Shown here one piece after another: positions 50,565 to 59,982 of a stretch of DNA of 64,000 bases (positions are counted from its first letter, which is position 1; each line of letters starts with the position of its first letter). Location: positions 1-64,000 of the forward strand of contig CBDCRW010000005.1 of assembly GCA_965221125.1 (NCBI GenBank), written 5' to 3'. This DNA is from Alphaproteobacteria bacterium. GTDB lineage: Bacteria; Pseudomonadota; Alphaproteobacteria; UBA828. The translations under genes and the position numbers were made by a program. Under the pieces are notes generated by a model that saw only the letters and a list, made by a program, of their open reading frames with translations, did no database searches and was not told where the DNA came from.

Positions 50565-51305
50565 TCAACCGTTTCTTGCCTCCCGATGCCGGTGAGCCCT
50601 GGGATCGAAGTTGTAGGCGTGCGACCACATGCCACGCTTAGCTTCACGCGCCTCTCGCTCGACGAGTCTGTAGCGGTCATCATAGGCAGCGATCGCATGT
50701 CCTTCCCGCACCAGCCATTCACCTATGTCCATGCCTTTGTAGGTTACGGCGCCGAGCAGGCGGCCGAACTTGTCCGTACCCTCGACGGAGACGCGGACGT
50801 GTCTGCCACCGATTTCCCGAATGAGCGCGCTCTTCACGCGCTTCCCGTGGTTGAACCAGTAGCCGTCCCGATGCTTGGCCATCTGATCCCATTCGGGCGC
50901 GTCCAGCCCGGCGAGGCGCACTTCCTGCCTCGCCACCCGTATTCCGTCGCCGTCGGTCACATAAGCCTTGCCTGTGATCGTATGGGGGGGGCTCTCGACC
51001 CGGTGAGCCGGGTGGAGCTGTGTGACGGATGACTTACGGGAGGCCGCGCGCCCTCGTCCGGTTCTTGTCGAATAACCCTTGTCCCGAAGCCGGCGAGGAC
51101 GCTTTCTGAAGGCGACTTCGCGCAAGATGACGATGGTGACGACGAGCGCAATCAACCACCACCAACTCGCGACCAATCTGAAGACCGGTTCCAACAGTGC
51201 ATCCGCCAAGCCAATCCTGTCCAACTGGGTTTCCTCCGATCTTGGTGTGCCCGCCTGCGGAGTGGCCAATGTATCCATTCGCATCGCGGTCCGCCACGGC
51301 AGCAT
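50565..51305 (-). CDS. Thermonuclease (SNase) family protein with N-terminal transmembrane segment
   Basis: DGDGI, VRLAGLDAPE, DKFGR, AREAKRGMW; start uncertain. Confidence 0.85.
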   Translation of the reverse strand: MLPWRTAMRMDTLATPQAGTPRSEETQLDRIGLADALLEPVFRLVASWWWLIALVVTIVILREVAFRKRPRRLRDKGYSTRTGRGRAASRKSSVTQLHPAHRVESPPHTITGKAYVTDGDGIRVARQEVRLAGLDAPEWDQMAKHRDGYWFNHGKRVKSALIREIGGRHVRVSVEGTDKFGRLLGAVTYKGMDIGEWLVREGHAIAAYDDRYRLVEREAREAKRGMWSHAYNFDPRAHRHREARNG

Positions 51306-51744
51306 CAGTCGAAAGCGTTCTATCGGGCACCGCCTGCATCGTGTGGATGTCTGACCTTGGATCTCATCGCCTTAGGGATTTTTCACGGCGCCTTGTTGCG
51401 GCGGCCCGCAAGGCGTCGTCGTCGAGGCGGGCACAAATTGTGGTCGTGGTGAGCCGCTCTTGGTCCTAGCGATCTTCAAACGGTGGCGAGGCCAAGTCGT
51501 TCGTGGTTCCTTGCGGGCTTGCGCTCGCTGCGCCATCGCCTCGTCGATGACTCCCCGGGCGGATGTCCTTGCCATCTTGCCCGCTTCCGGCAGTTCCCCA
51601 TCCCGGCGGCCCTCCCTAACCCACTTCGCCCCGGTGCCCACACATCCAGTAGAGGGCGAGGCCGGCCGTGACGGGCGGCGGGGCGGGCGGCCTGGCGCGA
51701 GGATGCGCCTGCCGCTCGCGACCGCGAACCGGGGAGAGCAGACG

Positions 51745-52065
51745 ATGAGCACGGCGAGAACCATCCAACGCGCAGCCAGCACCTACCTGGTGCACTTCTT
51801 CGGCGGCGGCCTCCAGGAGCAGGGCCGCTACGTGGTCGAGAGATACGAGACGGCGGCCTCGGGCGAGATCCGCCCGGTCGCTGCCGACAAGCAGAGCGCG
51901 GGGCGGCGAAGGCGGCGCACGACCCTGTCGTGCCGCGCCGTCCGTCGGCTTCGACCGGTCCCCAACGAGATCATAGTCGCCACCAATGTCAGCCGCGACG
52001 CGGGCATGCAGCTGTTCGGGTACACCGCCGCCGGCATCGCGCTGCGCGGCAAGTGGCGCTGCTGA
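51745..52065 (+). CDS. Hypothetical protein
   Basis: GGGGAG RBS plus ATG; GC3-biased codons. Confidence 0.5.
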   Translation: MSTARTIQRAASTYLVHFFGGGLQEQGRYVVERYETAASGEIRPVAADKQSAGRRRRRTTLSCRAVRRLRPVPNEIIVATNVSRDAGMQLFGYTAAGIALRGKWRC

Positions 52066-52137
52066 CGGGCGGCCTGGCCGGGGGCGTCGCCGGCCGCCCT
52101 CCCGGCCTTCGTCTACACCCACGTCTTCGAGGTTGCC

Positions 52138-52935
52138 ATGCTCGACAGCGACGAGAGCCCGCAGGAGCGCCAGCGTCGGCGCCATGCCGAACGACTCGCC
52201 CGTGGCATCTGCACCAGGTGCGGAGCGTTCCCGCCCGAGCCTGGCCTCAAGCTGTGCCGGCGCTGTGGAGAGAAGCGGCGGGCTTCCGAGAAGGTCCGCC
52301 GCGCCAGGGCCCGGGCGAAAGGCATGATCTACGCCGGCCGCGATCCGGAGACGACGCGCCGCGCCGCCCGCGCCGCGGACAAGCGGCGGCGGAAGGAATG
52401 GAGGGACGCAGGCCTTTGCACGGCCTGCGGGCGCTGCCGGCCCGCCGATGGCCGTTTCATCTGCGAGCCGTGCCGCGAGGAGCAGCGCGCGATCGAGCGC
52501 GAGCGATACGCTGCTCGCCGTTCTGCCGGGCGATGCGTGCGCTGCGGGAAACCCGCGTTCAACGGCTCGTCCCGCTGCGGCCGGTGCACCGTGCTCGAGG
52601 CGGGGCGCACGTCGCCCGAACGCAGGAAGGCAGCCAGCAGGAAGCGCTACGCCAGACGCAAGGTGCAGGGGATCTGTGTGGATTGCTCGATCCCCGTTTC
52701 CGGCACCGCGCGTTGCCCGGACTGCGCCCGGCGATCCAACTCACGCGCCCCTGAGCCTTACCGCCTGCCCGTGCCGTTCCCCGAGTACACCGTGGTCAGG
52801 CTCGACACCGGCGACGTCATCGAGAGCGTCGAGACCGAAGCCGAGGTCGCCGCCTGCCTCGTCTTCGCCAAGCTCCGCCCCGACCAGGTGGAGATACGCG
52901 CCAATGTCCCGCTGATGGCGATCGGCGCGGAGTGA
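52138..52935 (+). CDS. Basic protein with eight CxxC motifs
   Basis: Four repeats of G.CxxC-x(7-10)-CxxC separated by Arg-rich helices. Confidence 0.75.
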   Translation: MLDSDESPQERQRRRHAERLARGICTRCGAFPPEPGLKLCRRCGEKRRASEKVRRARARAKGMIYAGRDPETTRRAARAADKRRRKEWRDAGLCTACGRCRPADGRFICEPCREEQRAIERERYAARRSAGRCVRCGKPAFNGSSRCGRCTVLEAGRTSPERRKAASRKRYARRKVQGICVDCSIPVSGTARCPDCARRSNSRAPEPYRLPVPFPEYTVVRLDTGDVIESVETEAEVAACLVFAKLRPDQVEIRANVPLMAIGAE

Positions 52936-53122
52936 CCCGCAGCTCCCCGCGAGGAATTGCGGGTGGGCGCGCCGGATCGGGGCAGCTTGAACCGCCCTTT
53001 TTCGCACCGAAGGTGCCGAGGGCATCCCGACCGAGGAAGAATTCATGCCGGCCAGCGGCCTTGACGCCGGGCCGGACAATTCGGCGATATACTTGCAGCA
53101 TGCGATCCTGAGGGTCAGACCC

Positions 53123-53368
53123 ATGCGCACCGTCTCCCTGATGGCCGCCAACGCGGACTTCTCGAAGCTCGTCCGCGAGGTCGAGCGCGGCCAGGGCTTC
53201 CTGATCACCCGCCACGGCCGGCCCGTGGCCAGGCTCGTTCCCCACGGCGCCGACAAAGCCGACGACCCCAGGTGGGAGGCGGCCCACCGGCGCATGATGG
53301 CGCGGCTTAAGCAGGGAGCGTCCCTGGGCGGTCTCGGGGTCGAGCGCGTCGCGCTCCATGATCGATAG
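53123..53368 (+). CDS. Phd/YefM antitoxin
   Basis: ANADFSKLVREVERG...ITRHGRPVARLVP. Confidence 0.85.
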   Translation: MRTVSLMAANADFSKLVREVERGQGFLITRHGRPVARLVPHGADKADDPRWEAAHRRMMARLKQGASLGGLGVERVALHDR

Positions 53369-53440
53369 ATCGGCTTCTCCCTCGACACCGACATTCCGGT
53401 CCGTGCGGCCGATCGGGATGGCGGCGAAGCGAAGCCAACG
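53358..53440 (+). pseudogene. VapC/PIN N-terminal remnant
   Basis: FSLDTDIPVRAADRDGGE resembles a PIN start; out of frame with the ATG at 53358 and truncated. Confidence 0.45.
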
Positions 53441-53455
53441 ACACGGGAGGACAGG

Positions 53456-53680
53456 ATGACCGACAAGCTGATCGACCGGAACCCCGATATCCTCGGCGGG
53501 ACACCCGTGTTCGCGGGCACCAGGGTTCCCGTACGCATCCTGATGGAACACCTCGAAGCCGGCGACCGGCTGGATGATTTCCTGGCGGACTACCCGACGG
53601 TGTCGCGGCGCCAGGCGGTCGCGCTGCTCGATCGCGCGACGACGATGCTGGTGACGGGCGGCGATGAAGCTGCTGCTTGA
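53456..53680 (+). CDS. DUF433 antitoxin
   Basis: PDILGGTPVFAGTRVPV...DFLADYP. Confidence 0.88.
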   Translation: MTDKLIDRNPDILGGTPVFAGTRVPVRILMEHLEAGDRLDDFLADYPTVSRRQAVALLDRATTMLVTGGDEAAA

Positions 53681-53990
53681 CGAATCGGTGCCGAAGCGGC
53701 TCGCCGCGTCCTTCCCCGCATCATTCACGCTGCGCACGGTCCAGGAGATGGGCTGGTCCGGCACCGGAAACGGCGTGTTGCTGTCACTGGCCGCGCGCGA
53801 GCGCTTCGATGCGATGATCACCGTCGATCGCGGCATCGAGCATCAGCAGAACCTCGAAGCGCTCCCGATCCCCGTCGTCATCGTGCTGGCCGCGCGAAAT
53901 CGTCTTGCGGAATTGCAGCCCCTGGTTCCGGCAGTGGTGGATGTGCTCTCGGGACGTCTGCAAAGACGCATCTATCGCGTTCTTGGGTGA
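53664..53990 (+). CDS. DUF5615-type PIN-like toxin
   Basis: MKLLLDESVP, MGWSGTGNG, ITVDRGIEHQQN. Confidence 0.82.
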   Translation: MKLLLDESVPKRLAASFPASFTLRTVQEMGWSGTGNGVLLSLAARERFDAMITVDRGIEHQQNLEALPIPVVIVLAARNRLAELQPLVPAVVDVLSGRLQRRIYRVLG

Positions 53991-54014
53991 GATCGCATCA
54001 CTTTCGATTATCGC

Positions 54015-54382
54015 CACATCCTGCCGGCCTTCGGCGCGTTGCCGCTTTCTGCGGTGACGCGCGAGCAGGTCGCGGCATTGCACTACGAGCCTCGCGACAG
54101 GCCGGTGCTGGCGAACCATGTTGTCGAGGTCCTGTCGCGCCTGTTCGCCATGGCCGAGTACTGGGGCCTTGCGCCCGAGGGCGGCAACCCGTGCCGGTTC
54201 GTGAAGCCTCACCGGGTGCACCGGCGGGAGCGCTTCCTGACGGAGGATGAGTTCACCCGCCTTGGCCGAGTTCTCGCCGAGGCGGAGACGGACGGCCCGA
54301 CGATGCCGAGCACGGTGGCAGCGATCAGGCTATTGATGCTGACCGGGTGCCGGCGCAACGAGATCCTGGAGCTTCAATGGGA
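54015..54382 (+). pseudogene. Internal fragment of a tyrosine integrase related to 9079-11477
   Basis: HILPAFG...NPCR...RERFLT...LLMLTGCRRNEIL; lacks the N-terminal domain and HxxR/Y. Confidence 0.85.
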
Positions 54383-54471
54383 CGGCGCCCGGCCTTCGCG
54401 CCGCTGAGCGGCGGTACTGGCGCTGCCGGGGCGGCAGCAGCAGGGGCAAGAGGGGAGGCCTGTCCGCCCCG

Positions 54472-55143
54472 TCAGTTCGACCCGCAGCAGCGCTCGTAGG
54501 TCCGCCCCGAGCCGCAGTGACAGGGCGCGCCGCCAACCGCCTCGAAGGCGCCGCGCGCGGCGGCCATCCCCAGTTCGCCCCCGAATCCTTTGGATAGCGC
54601 CCACGCAGCGAGCGCCCGAACGCAGTCCGGGATCAGATCGGACGCGGACCGGCGGATCTCTTCGACCGCGTCCTCCGCCAGGTCCGAGACACCCTCGTCG
54701 ATGTCGTTCATCGTCTCGATCATGGCGAGCGAAACCATGGCCTCCTCGTCGCCGCTCGCCCCGATCTGCAGCCATGCCTCGGGCCGCAGGCCCTTCGCCT
54801 GCCGGAAGCCCCAGACCCAGGGCTCCCAGAGCAGCGCGCCCGTACCCGGATCGAAGCCAAGGACCACCCGGTATCCCTGCGGATCGATGGCGAGGTCCTC
54901 GGCCACCCGCCGGTAGTGGTCCGTGACCGCAAGCGTTGCGTCCACCGACTCTTCGACATCCTCCGACGCCCTGTCGCCGCCCCATACCAGCGGCAGCCAC
55001 TCCGTCGGCCCGACCCACTCGGGACAAAGCACGAGCCCGGCGACGAAGCCGTCCAGCTCGACCACCGTCATCGCCTCCCGCTCTTCCCCCAGCCGGTCCA
55101 GCAGGTCGGTCAGGAATGCGATCTCTTCTCCCGTGTGTCTCAT
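54472..55143 (-). CDS. YecA/UPF0149 family protein with SEC-C motif
   Basis: ELDGFVAG, EWLPLVWG, WVWGF, PCHCGSGRTYERCCG. Confidence 0.85.
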   Translation of the reverse strand: MRHTGEEIAFLTDLLDRLGEEREAMTVVELDGFVAGLVLCPEWVGPTEWLPLVWGGDRASEDVEESVDATLAVTDHYRRVAEDLAIDPQGYRVVLGFDPGTGALLWEPWVWGFRQAKGLRPEAWLQIGASGDEEAMVSLAMIETMNDIDEGVSDLAEDAVEEIRRSASDLIPDCVRALAAWALSKGFGGELGMAAARGAFEAVGGAPCHCGSGRTYERCCGSN

Positions 55144-55316
55144 GGCGCGGGGATATGACGCCCGCCGCGCGGCGAGGTCAACGGCGGAGGGCGAGCCGGC
55201 GCCGCCCTGCCGGCCGGAGCGGCGTGTTCCGGGATTCGGGCGTGCCGAAGGCTGCCACGATCCCGTGCGGCCTTGGCTCTGCCGCCCGGCGGCGTAGTAT
55301 CCGCCCACCCTGCCAC

Positions 55317-55460
55317 AGCATTGGAGTATCGAGACATGGCGGCACGCTCTATCCGCAAGCCAGCCGCGCTCAAGGAAGCGATGACCAAGCATTGGAGTAT
55401 CGAGACATGGCGGCACGCTCTATCCGCAAGCCAGCCGCGCTCAAGGAAGCGATGACCAAG
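55317..55460. repeat. 71-bp perfect tandem duplication
   Basis: 55317-55387 equals 55388-55458; ends at the IS110 junction. Confidence 0.92.
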
Positions 55461-55609
55461 ATGCCGTAATGGGGCTCGGCGCCAATCGGCACCATCGGAG
55501 CCTGTCCCGATGACGACGAATCGGGTGTCGTTGCCCTTGCACGCTCAGCGTGCTCACGGGGTCTTGCCGGAAGGCGCGCCCCAATCCTTCGAGAGGAAAG
55601 GGCAACGAC

Positions 55610-56653
55610 ATGGCTGTCTATATCGGGCTGGATGTATCGCTGGCAAGCACGACAATCTGCGTGATCGGCGACAAGGGCAAGATCGTGACCGAGGCTCAGG
55701 TCGCCAGCACGCCTGACGCGTTGGTTGCGTTCATGGGCAAGCTGGAGCACGAGATCGCCGTGATCGGTCTTGAGGCCGGTCCCCTGTCCCACTGGTTGCA
55801 CAAGGGGCTGACCGACGCCGGCTTCGAGGCCGTCCTTATGGAGACCCGGCGGGTGAAGGCGGCGCTGAAGGCGATGCCGATCAAGACGGATCGCCGGGAT
55901 GCCGAGGGCATCGCACGGCTCTTGCAGATGGGCTGGTTCAGGCCGGTGCACTGCAAGTCGGTATCGTCGCAGGAGATGCGCGCACTGCTGACCTCGCGCA
56001 GGTCCGTGAAGGGCGCGCTCACCGATATGGAACTCTCGCTGCGCGGCGTGTTGCGCAACTTTTGCCTGAAGCTGGGCCAGGTCTCGAAGGGCCGCTGGGA
56101 GGCCCGCGTCCGGGAGTTGATCGCAGGCAACGCGATGCTGGAGGCCGCCGCCGAACCGATCCTGCGCGCGCGGGTGGCTCTGCGCCGCGAGCTGGCCGGC
56201 CTGGAGAAGCTGGTCCGCGATCTGGCCAGGGAGGATCCGGTATGCCGGCTGCTGATGACCATGCCCGGCGTAGGCGCGGTCGTGGCCCTGACCTTCAAAT
56301 CGGCGATTGACGATCCCGGGCGGTTCCGGAGATCGAAGGATGTCGGCCCCTGGGTGGGACTGACGCCGGGCCGGGACCAATCCGGCGAGCGAGATATTGT
56401 CGGCGGCATCACGAAGTGCGGCGACGCAGGTCTGCGTACCGCGCTCTATCAGGCCGCCACGGTGATGCTGAACGGCACCGCCGGGCCGAACTGGCTGAAG
56501 GCCTGGGCGCTTCGTCTGGCGAAGCTCCGTGGCAAGAAGCGTGCGACCGTCGCCCTGGCCCGGCGCATCGGCGTGGTACTTCACCGGATGTGGCGGGACG
56601 GCACCGAGTTCCGCTTCACGCGCGAGGAGGCGATGGCGCTCCAGACGGCATAG
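55610..56653 (+). CDS. IS110 DEDD recombinase
   Basis: YIGLDVS, GLEAG, KTDRRDA, MPGVG, GLTP..DQSG, ALARR. Confidence 0.95.
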   Translation: MAVYIGLDVSLASTTICVIGDKGKIVTEAQVASTPDALVAFMGKLEHEIAVIGLEAGPLSHWLHKGLTDAGFEAVLMETRRVKAALKAMPIKTDRRDAEGIARLLQMGWFRPVHCKSVSSQEMRALLTSRRSVKGALTDMELSLRGVLRNFCLKLGQVSKGRWEARVRELIAGNAMLEAAAEPILRARVALRRELAGLEKLVRDLAREDPVCRLLMTMPGVGAVVALTFKSAIDDPGRFRRSKDVGPWVGLTPGRDQSGERDIVGGITKCGDAGLRTALYQAATVMLNGTAGPNWLKAWALRLAKLRGKKRATVALARRIGVVLHRMWRDGTEFRFTREEAMALQTA

Positions 56654-56699
56654 GCGCGGCTGCATCCCACCGGCAATCGGAAGCGAGAGGAGGAAAGAG

Positions 56700-56960
56700 C
56701 CGCGCCTGAAGGTGGCGATCCACCGGTGTCCCCTCGCCGGGACGCGGTTCCCGTTGATGCACGCGCTGCGTCTTGTCGGCCGAACCGTTTCATCGCGTTC
56801 GAGCACGCGACCAAGATCGGCACTCGGGAATCGTTTGGACCAGGCATGACGTTGGCAGCCGCTGCGCTGACCACGGACGGAAGCGAGAGCCTGGCGACGG
56901 ACACATCCGGGAATCCCGCTTCCTTCTTTGCCGCGCAGACGAGTCAGTTAGCCGCTCCCG
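56700..56960 (+). ncRNA. Putative bridge/seek RNA (ends approximate)
   Basis: Segments CTGCGTCTTG and GACCAAGA match the target; GGCAT and ACGGAAG match the donor junction; each pair flanks a hairpin. Confidence 0.7.
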
Positions 56961-57142
56961 CCATGGCAATCCGCTATGTTGACCGCGCCTGTGATTCGAT
57001 TTGCAACAGGCTACGGTGCTTCATGTGCGAGCCACCGTGCCAGGCCGGAAGATCGTGAAGATCGGTGTTTGACATCAACCGCCCCATTACGGAAGACGCA
57101 GTTGGTGGCTTCCCTTTCTAAGGGGAAGTTAGGTAGAAATGT

Positions 57143-57182
57143 AAAGCTCGCAGGGGTAACACCTTGCGGGCTTTCATTTTTT
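57143..57182 (+). terminator. Terminator at the left edge of the three-integrase element
   Basis: AAAGCTCGCAGGG-loop-CCTTGCGGGCTTT-CATTTTTT. Confidence 0.7.
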
Positions 57183-57257
57183 GTTGAATTTCATGATTGA
57201 CACGTTTGGAGTCGCAATTCTAGGTAAGCCGGAACAAGGCAAGAGCGTAAACTTTCG

Positions 57258-58502
57258 ATGCCCGAGAGCGTCCGCAGAATCAGACTTCCCGGCGGCGAGA
57301 CGCTCCCCGCCCTGGTCGAGCCCGGCTCGGCCCCCGCGCCCGAGCCGATACGGTATGCGGTCTCCATTCTCAGAAACGCCGGCCGCGCCGAGAACACGAT
57401 CGAGGCGCACATGCGCGCGATCGCGGCGGCCCGGGTGTGGGCGCACTCGAACGGGCTCTCCCTCGAAGCACGCATGGCCACGGGCGCCGGTCTGGAGCTG
57501 CGGGAGGTCGAGAGTCTTTCCCATGCGCTGAAGACCGCCCGGGTTCCGGATCGGACCGAGCGTCCCCACCAAGCCAATGTCCTGCCGCTTTCCAGATCGG
57601 GCAAGGAGCTTCATCGGCACCTTCCCCACGACTGCGATGAGATGCTGGACCCCCAGACCGGAGCCAACCGTGTGCGGTCCGTCGCTGCCTATCTCGACTG
57701 GCTTGCAAGCCACAGCCGTGCCGCCGGATCGCAGCAGCTCCTTCGCGACACCGTCAAGGCTCTGACCGCCCGGGCGAAGGTGGGCGCGCGTCAACCGTCC
57801 GAGCCCAGGAAGGGCCTGTCGCCGGAACAGCGCGACCGGCTGTTCGCCGTCATCGATCCGTCCTCGCCGGAAAACCCGTTCCGGAGCGAGGCGGTTCGCT
57901 ATCGCAACCTTGCCGTTGTTGCCTGCCTTGACGAGACCGGCATGCGCAGGGGCGAGCTTTGCGGCCTGAAGATCCCGGACATCGACTTCAGGAAACTGAC
58001 GATCTCGATCCATCGGCGCCCTCCGGACCCCCGGGACCCTCGTCGGCAGAAGCCGAAGACCAAGTCCGGCGCACGGCCCGTGCCGATCAGGCCGGAGCTG
58101 GCGGACATCCTCTTCGCCTACCTGTCGGATTGGCGCCGGACCGAACCCGGCGCCCGGATGCACGCCTATGTCTTCGTGTCCCATGCAGGAATCAGGCCGG
58201 GAGCGCCGTTGACCCCGAGAAGCGTGGGCAACGTCTTCGCTGCGCTCGAAAGCGTTCTCGGCTTCCGTCTCCATCCTCACCTGTTGCGCCACACCTGGAA
58301 CGACAGGTTCTCGGCCGCGATCGACGGCAGGGCGGAGCGTGGCGATCGCACCCCCGAGGCGAGCGAGGAGCGCATCCGCAACTTCCTGATGGGATGGAGT
58401 CCGGATTCGAAGATGGCGGCGGTCTACACGCACCGTCACGTCGAACGGGCGGCCGAGGCCGCCCTGAGAGGCATGCACCAGGGATTGTTCGAGGGTGAGT
58501 AG
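57258..58502 (+). CDS. Tyrosine recombinase A
   Basis: TGMRRGE, KTK, HLLRH, LMGW, AVYT. Confidence 0.9.
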   Translation: MPESVRRIRLPGGETLPALVEPGSAPAPEPIRYAVSILRNAGRAENTIEAHMRAIAAARVWAHSNGLSLEARMATGAGLELREVESLSHALKTARVPDRTERPHQANVLPLSRSGKELHRHLPHDCDEMLDPQTGANRVRSVAAYLDWLASHSRAAGSQQLLRDTVKALTARAKVGARQPSEPRKGLSPEQRDRLFAVIDPSSPENPFRSEAVRYRNLAVVACLDETGMRRGELCGLKIPDIDFRKLTISIHRRPPDPRDPRRQKPKTKSGARPVPIRPELADILFAYLSDWRRTEPGARMHAYVFVSHAGIRPGAPLTPRSVGNVFAALESVLGFRLHPHLLRHTWNDRFSAAIDGRAERGDRTPEASEERIRNFLMGWSPDSKMAAVYTHRHVERAAEAALRGMHQGLFEGE

Positions 58503-59982
58503 TCCGGGCGGATTGCAGCCTGCCGGCGCTCCGCGAGAGCGCGGCATCCATGCGGGATTCGATTCCGGCGGCGACGTCTGGAAGATCGTGCTGGAGAAGG
58601 GCGTGACCCGCATCTCCTTCAAGCCGATACGAGATCATTGGGGCGCCGGGCACGCCGACAACGTCAAGCAGGCTGCCCTTGCCTACATGGAAGATCGCTC
58701 CCCCGACACCGTGTTGGGGGGCGTCCAGGCCCTCGCAAGAATGGCGCGGGATGTCCCGGTCGGCGCCACCATCTCTGCGGCGGCTCTCATGGACTACCGG
58801 TCGCTGCTCGCTCGCGAGCAACTGCACTATCTGGGCCACGTCGCGGCGTTCCTGAAGTTCTGGGTCGCACGCGGCTACGCCGGGGTCGACCGCGACGTGC
58901 TGCAGTTCTTCAGCAGCATCAAGATACCCGGGAACGTCAAGGGCGCCGCCGTCCGCACGCACCACCCCACGAAGGGTCCCTTCACCGATGTGGAGTTGCA
59001 GAGCATCACCCTTGCGGCACGCGAGGCGTATGGCGAGGGCCGCGTGAGCAGGCAGGACTTCGGCATTCTTCTCACGCTGACCGCAACGGGGGCCCGGCCC
59101 GGCCAGCTGTCGATGCTGACTTGTGGCGATCTGGTTCCGCCTGCACCGGGATCGGCCGCATCTCGCCTCCTGGTGCCGTCTCTCAAGAAGAGGACGCCGA
59201 AGCGCCTCACGCGCGAGCGGGTCATCCCTGGCGAGCTTGCCGTTCTGCTTAGGGAACTCGTCGAGGAGCGATCCCGCGACGAGCGCTTCCGGGGCATTCC
59301 GGTCGACCGGCGTCCGATCTTTGCCGTCGAGGCGACCGCCTTCGCATCGCTCGCGGAGGCACACATCGGCAGGGGCGGTGCCGGCCGCGCTCTGAGGCGC
59401 ATCCAGAGCGCGCTCGGCCTTCGGTCGGCGCGCACTGCCGCTCCGATCAACCTGGCGCCCCGGCGGTTCCGGAGCACTCTCGGGACGCGTGCTGCCGATG
59501 TGGGTCACCCTCCTGTTCTGATCGCTCACCTTCTCGATCACACCGACCTCCAGCACGTCGGCGTGTATGTGGAGTCGCGCGGCTCGATCCAGGACCGCAT
59601 GGACGCCGCCCTTCATGGCCGGGCGGAGCCGCTGGCCGGGCTGTTCAGGGGCACGATCGTTGCGGGCGAGGTCGAATCCGGCGCCGGGGAAGCGCCGTCG
59701 CGTCGCGTTGCGTCCGCCGCCGGCGGAGGCGTGGGAACCTGCGCGGGCCCGCGCAGCTGTGTCCGTCTGGCGCCGCTTGCATGCTACACCTGCGCCGCGT
59801 TCCGTCCCTGGCGTGACGCGCCTCACGAGGATCTGCTGCAGTCCCTGGTCGAGGAGCGCAGGACGCTTCTCGCGGACGGGATCTCCCCGCAGGTGGCCGC
59901 CGCCAACGACGCAACCATCATGGCCGTCGCGGAGGTCGCCGATCGTTGCCGCGCGATGCGGACGGGGGTGGCTCATGGCTGA
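58495..59982 (+). CDS. Tyrosine recombinase B with C-terminal Cys cluster
   Basis: TGARPGQ, RRFRSTLG, LLDH, GVY, ACYTC. Confidence 0.87.
   Translation: MSSPGGLQPAGAPRERGIHAGFDSGGDVWKIVLEKGVTRISFKPIRDHWGAGHADNVKQAALAYMEDRSPDTVLGGVQALARMARDVPVGATISAAALMDYRSLLAREQLHYLGHVAAFLKFWVARGYAGVDRDVLQFFSSIKIPGNVKGAAVRTHHPTKGPFTDVELQSITLAAREAYGEGRVSRQDFGILLTLTATGARPGQLSMLTCGDLVPPAPGSAASRLLVPSLKKRTPKRLTRERVIPGELAVLLRELVEERSRDERFRGIPVDRRPIFAVEATAFASLAEAHIGRGGAGRALRRIQSALGLRSARTAAPINLAPRRFRSTLGTRAADVGHPPVLIAHLLDHTDLQHVGVYVESRGSIQDRMDAALHGRAEPLAGLFRGTIVAGEVESGAGEAPSRRVASAAGGGVGTCAGPRSCVRLAPLACYTCAAFRPWRDAPHEDLLQSLVEERRTLLADGISPQVAAANDATIMAVAEVADRCRAMRTGVAHG

Larger units (their letters stand above)
55458..57096 (+). 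mobile_element. IS110-family element, IS1111 type
   Basis: Sub-terminal IRs CCGTAATGGGGC (55464-55475) and GCCCCATTACGG (57081-57092); AAGA at both junctions; TTGACA at 57069; long non-coding right end. Confidence 0.9.
55407..57120 (+). pseudogene. Interrupted HU-like gene, 5' end
   Basis: Removing the IS gives GGAG RBS plus MAARSIRKPAALKEAMTKTQLVASLS, an HU helix-1-like sequence; similarity is lost afterwards. Confidence 0.5.

Noticed and set aside
50322-50595. Short ORFs in an AT-rich patch
   Set aside because: No RBS or motif support; cannot be assigned
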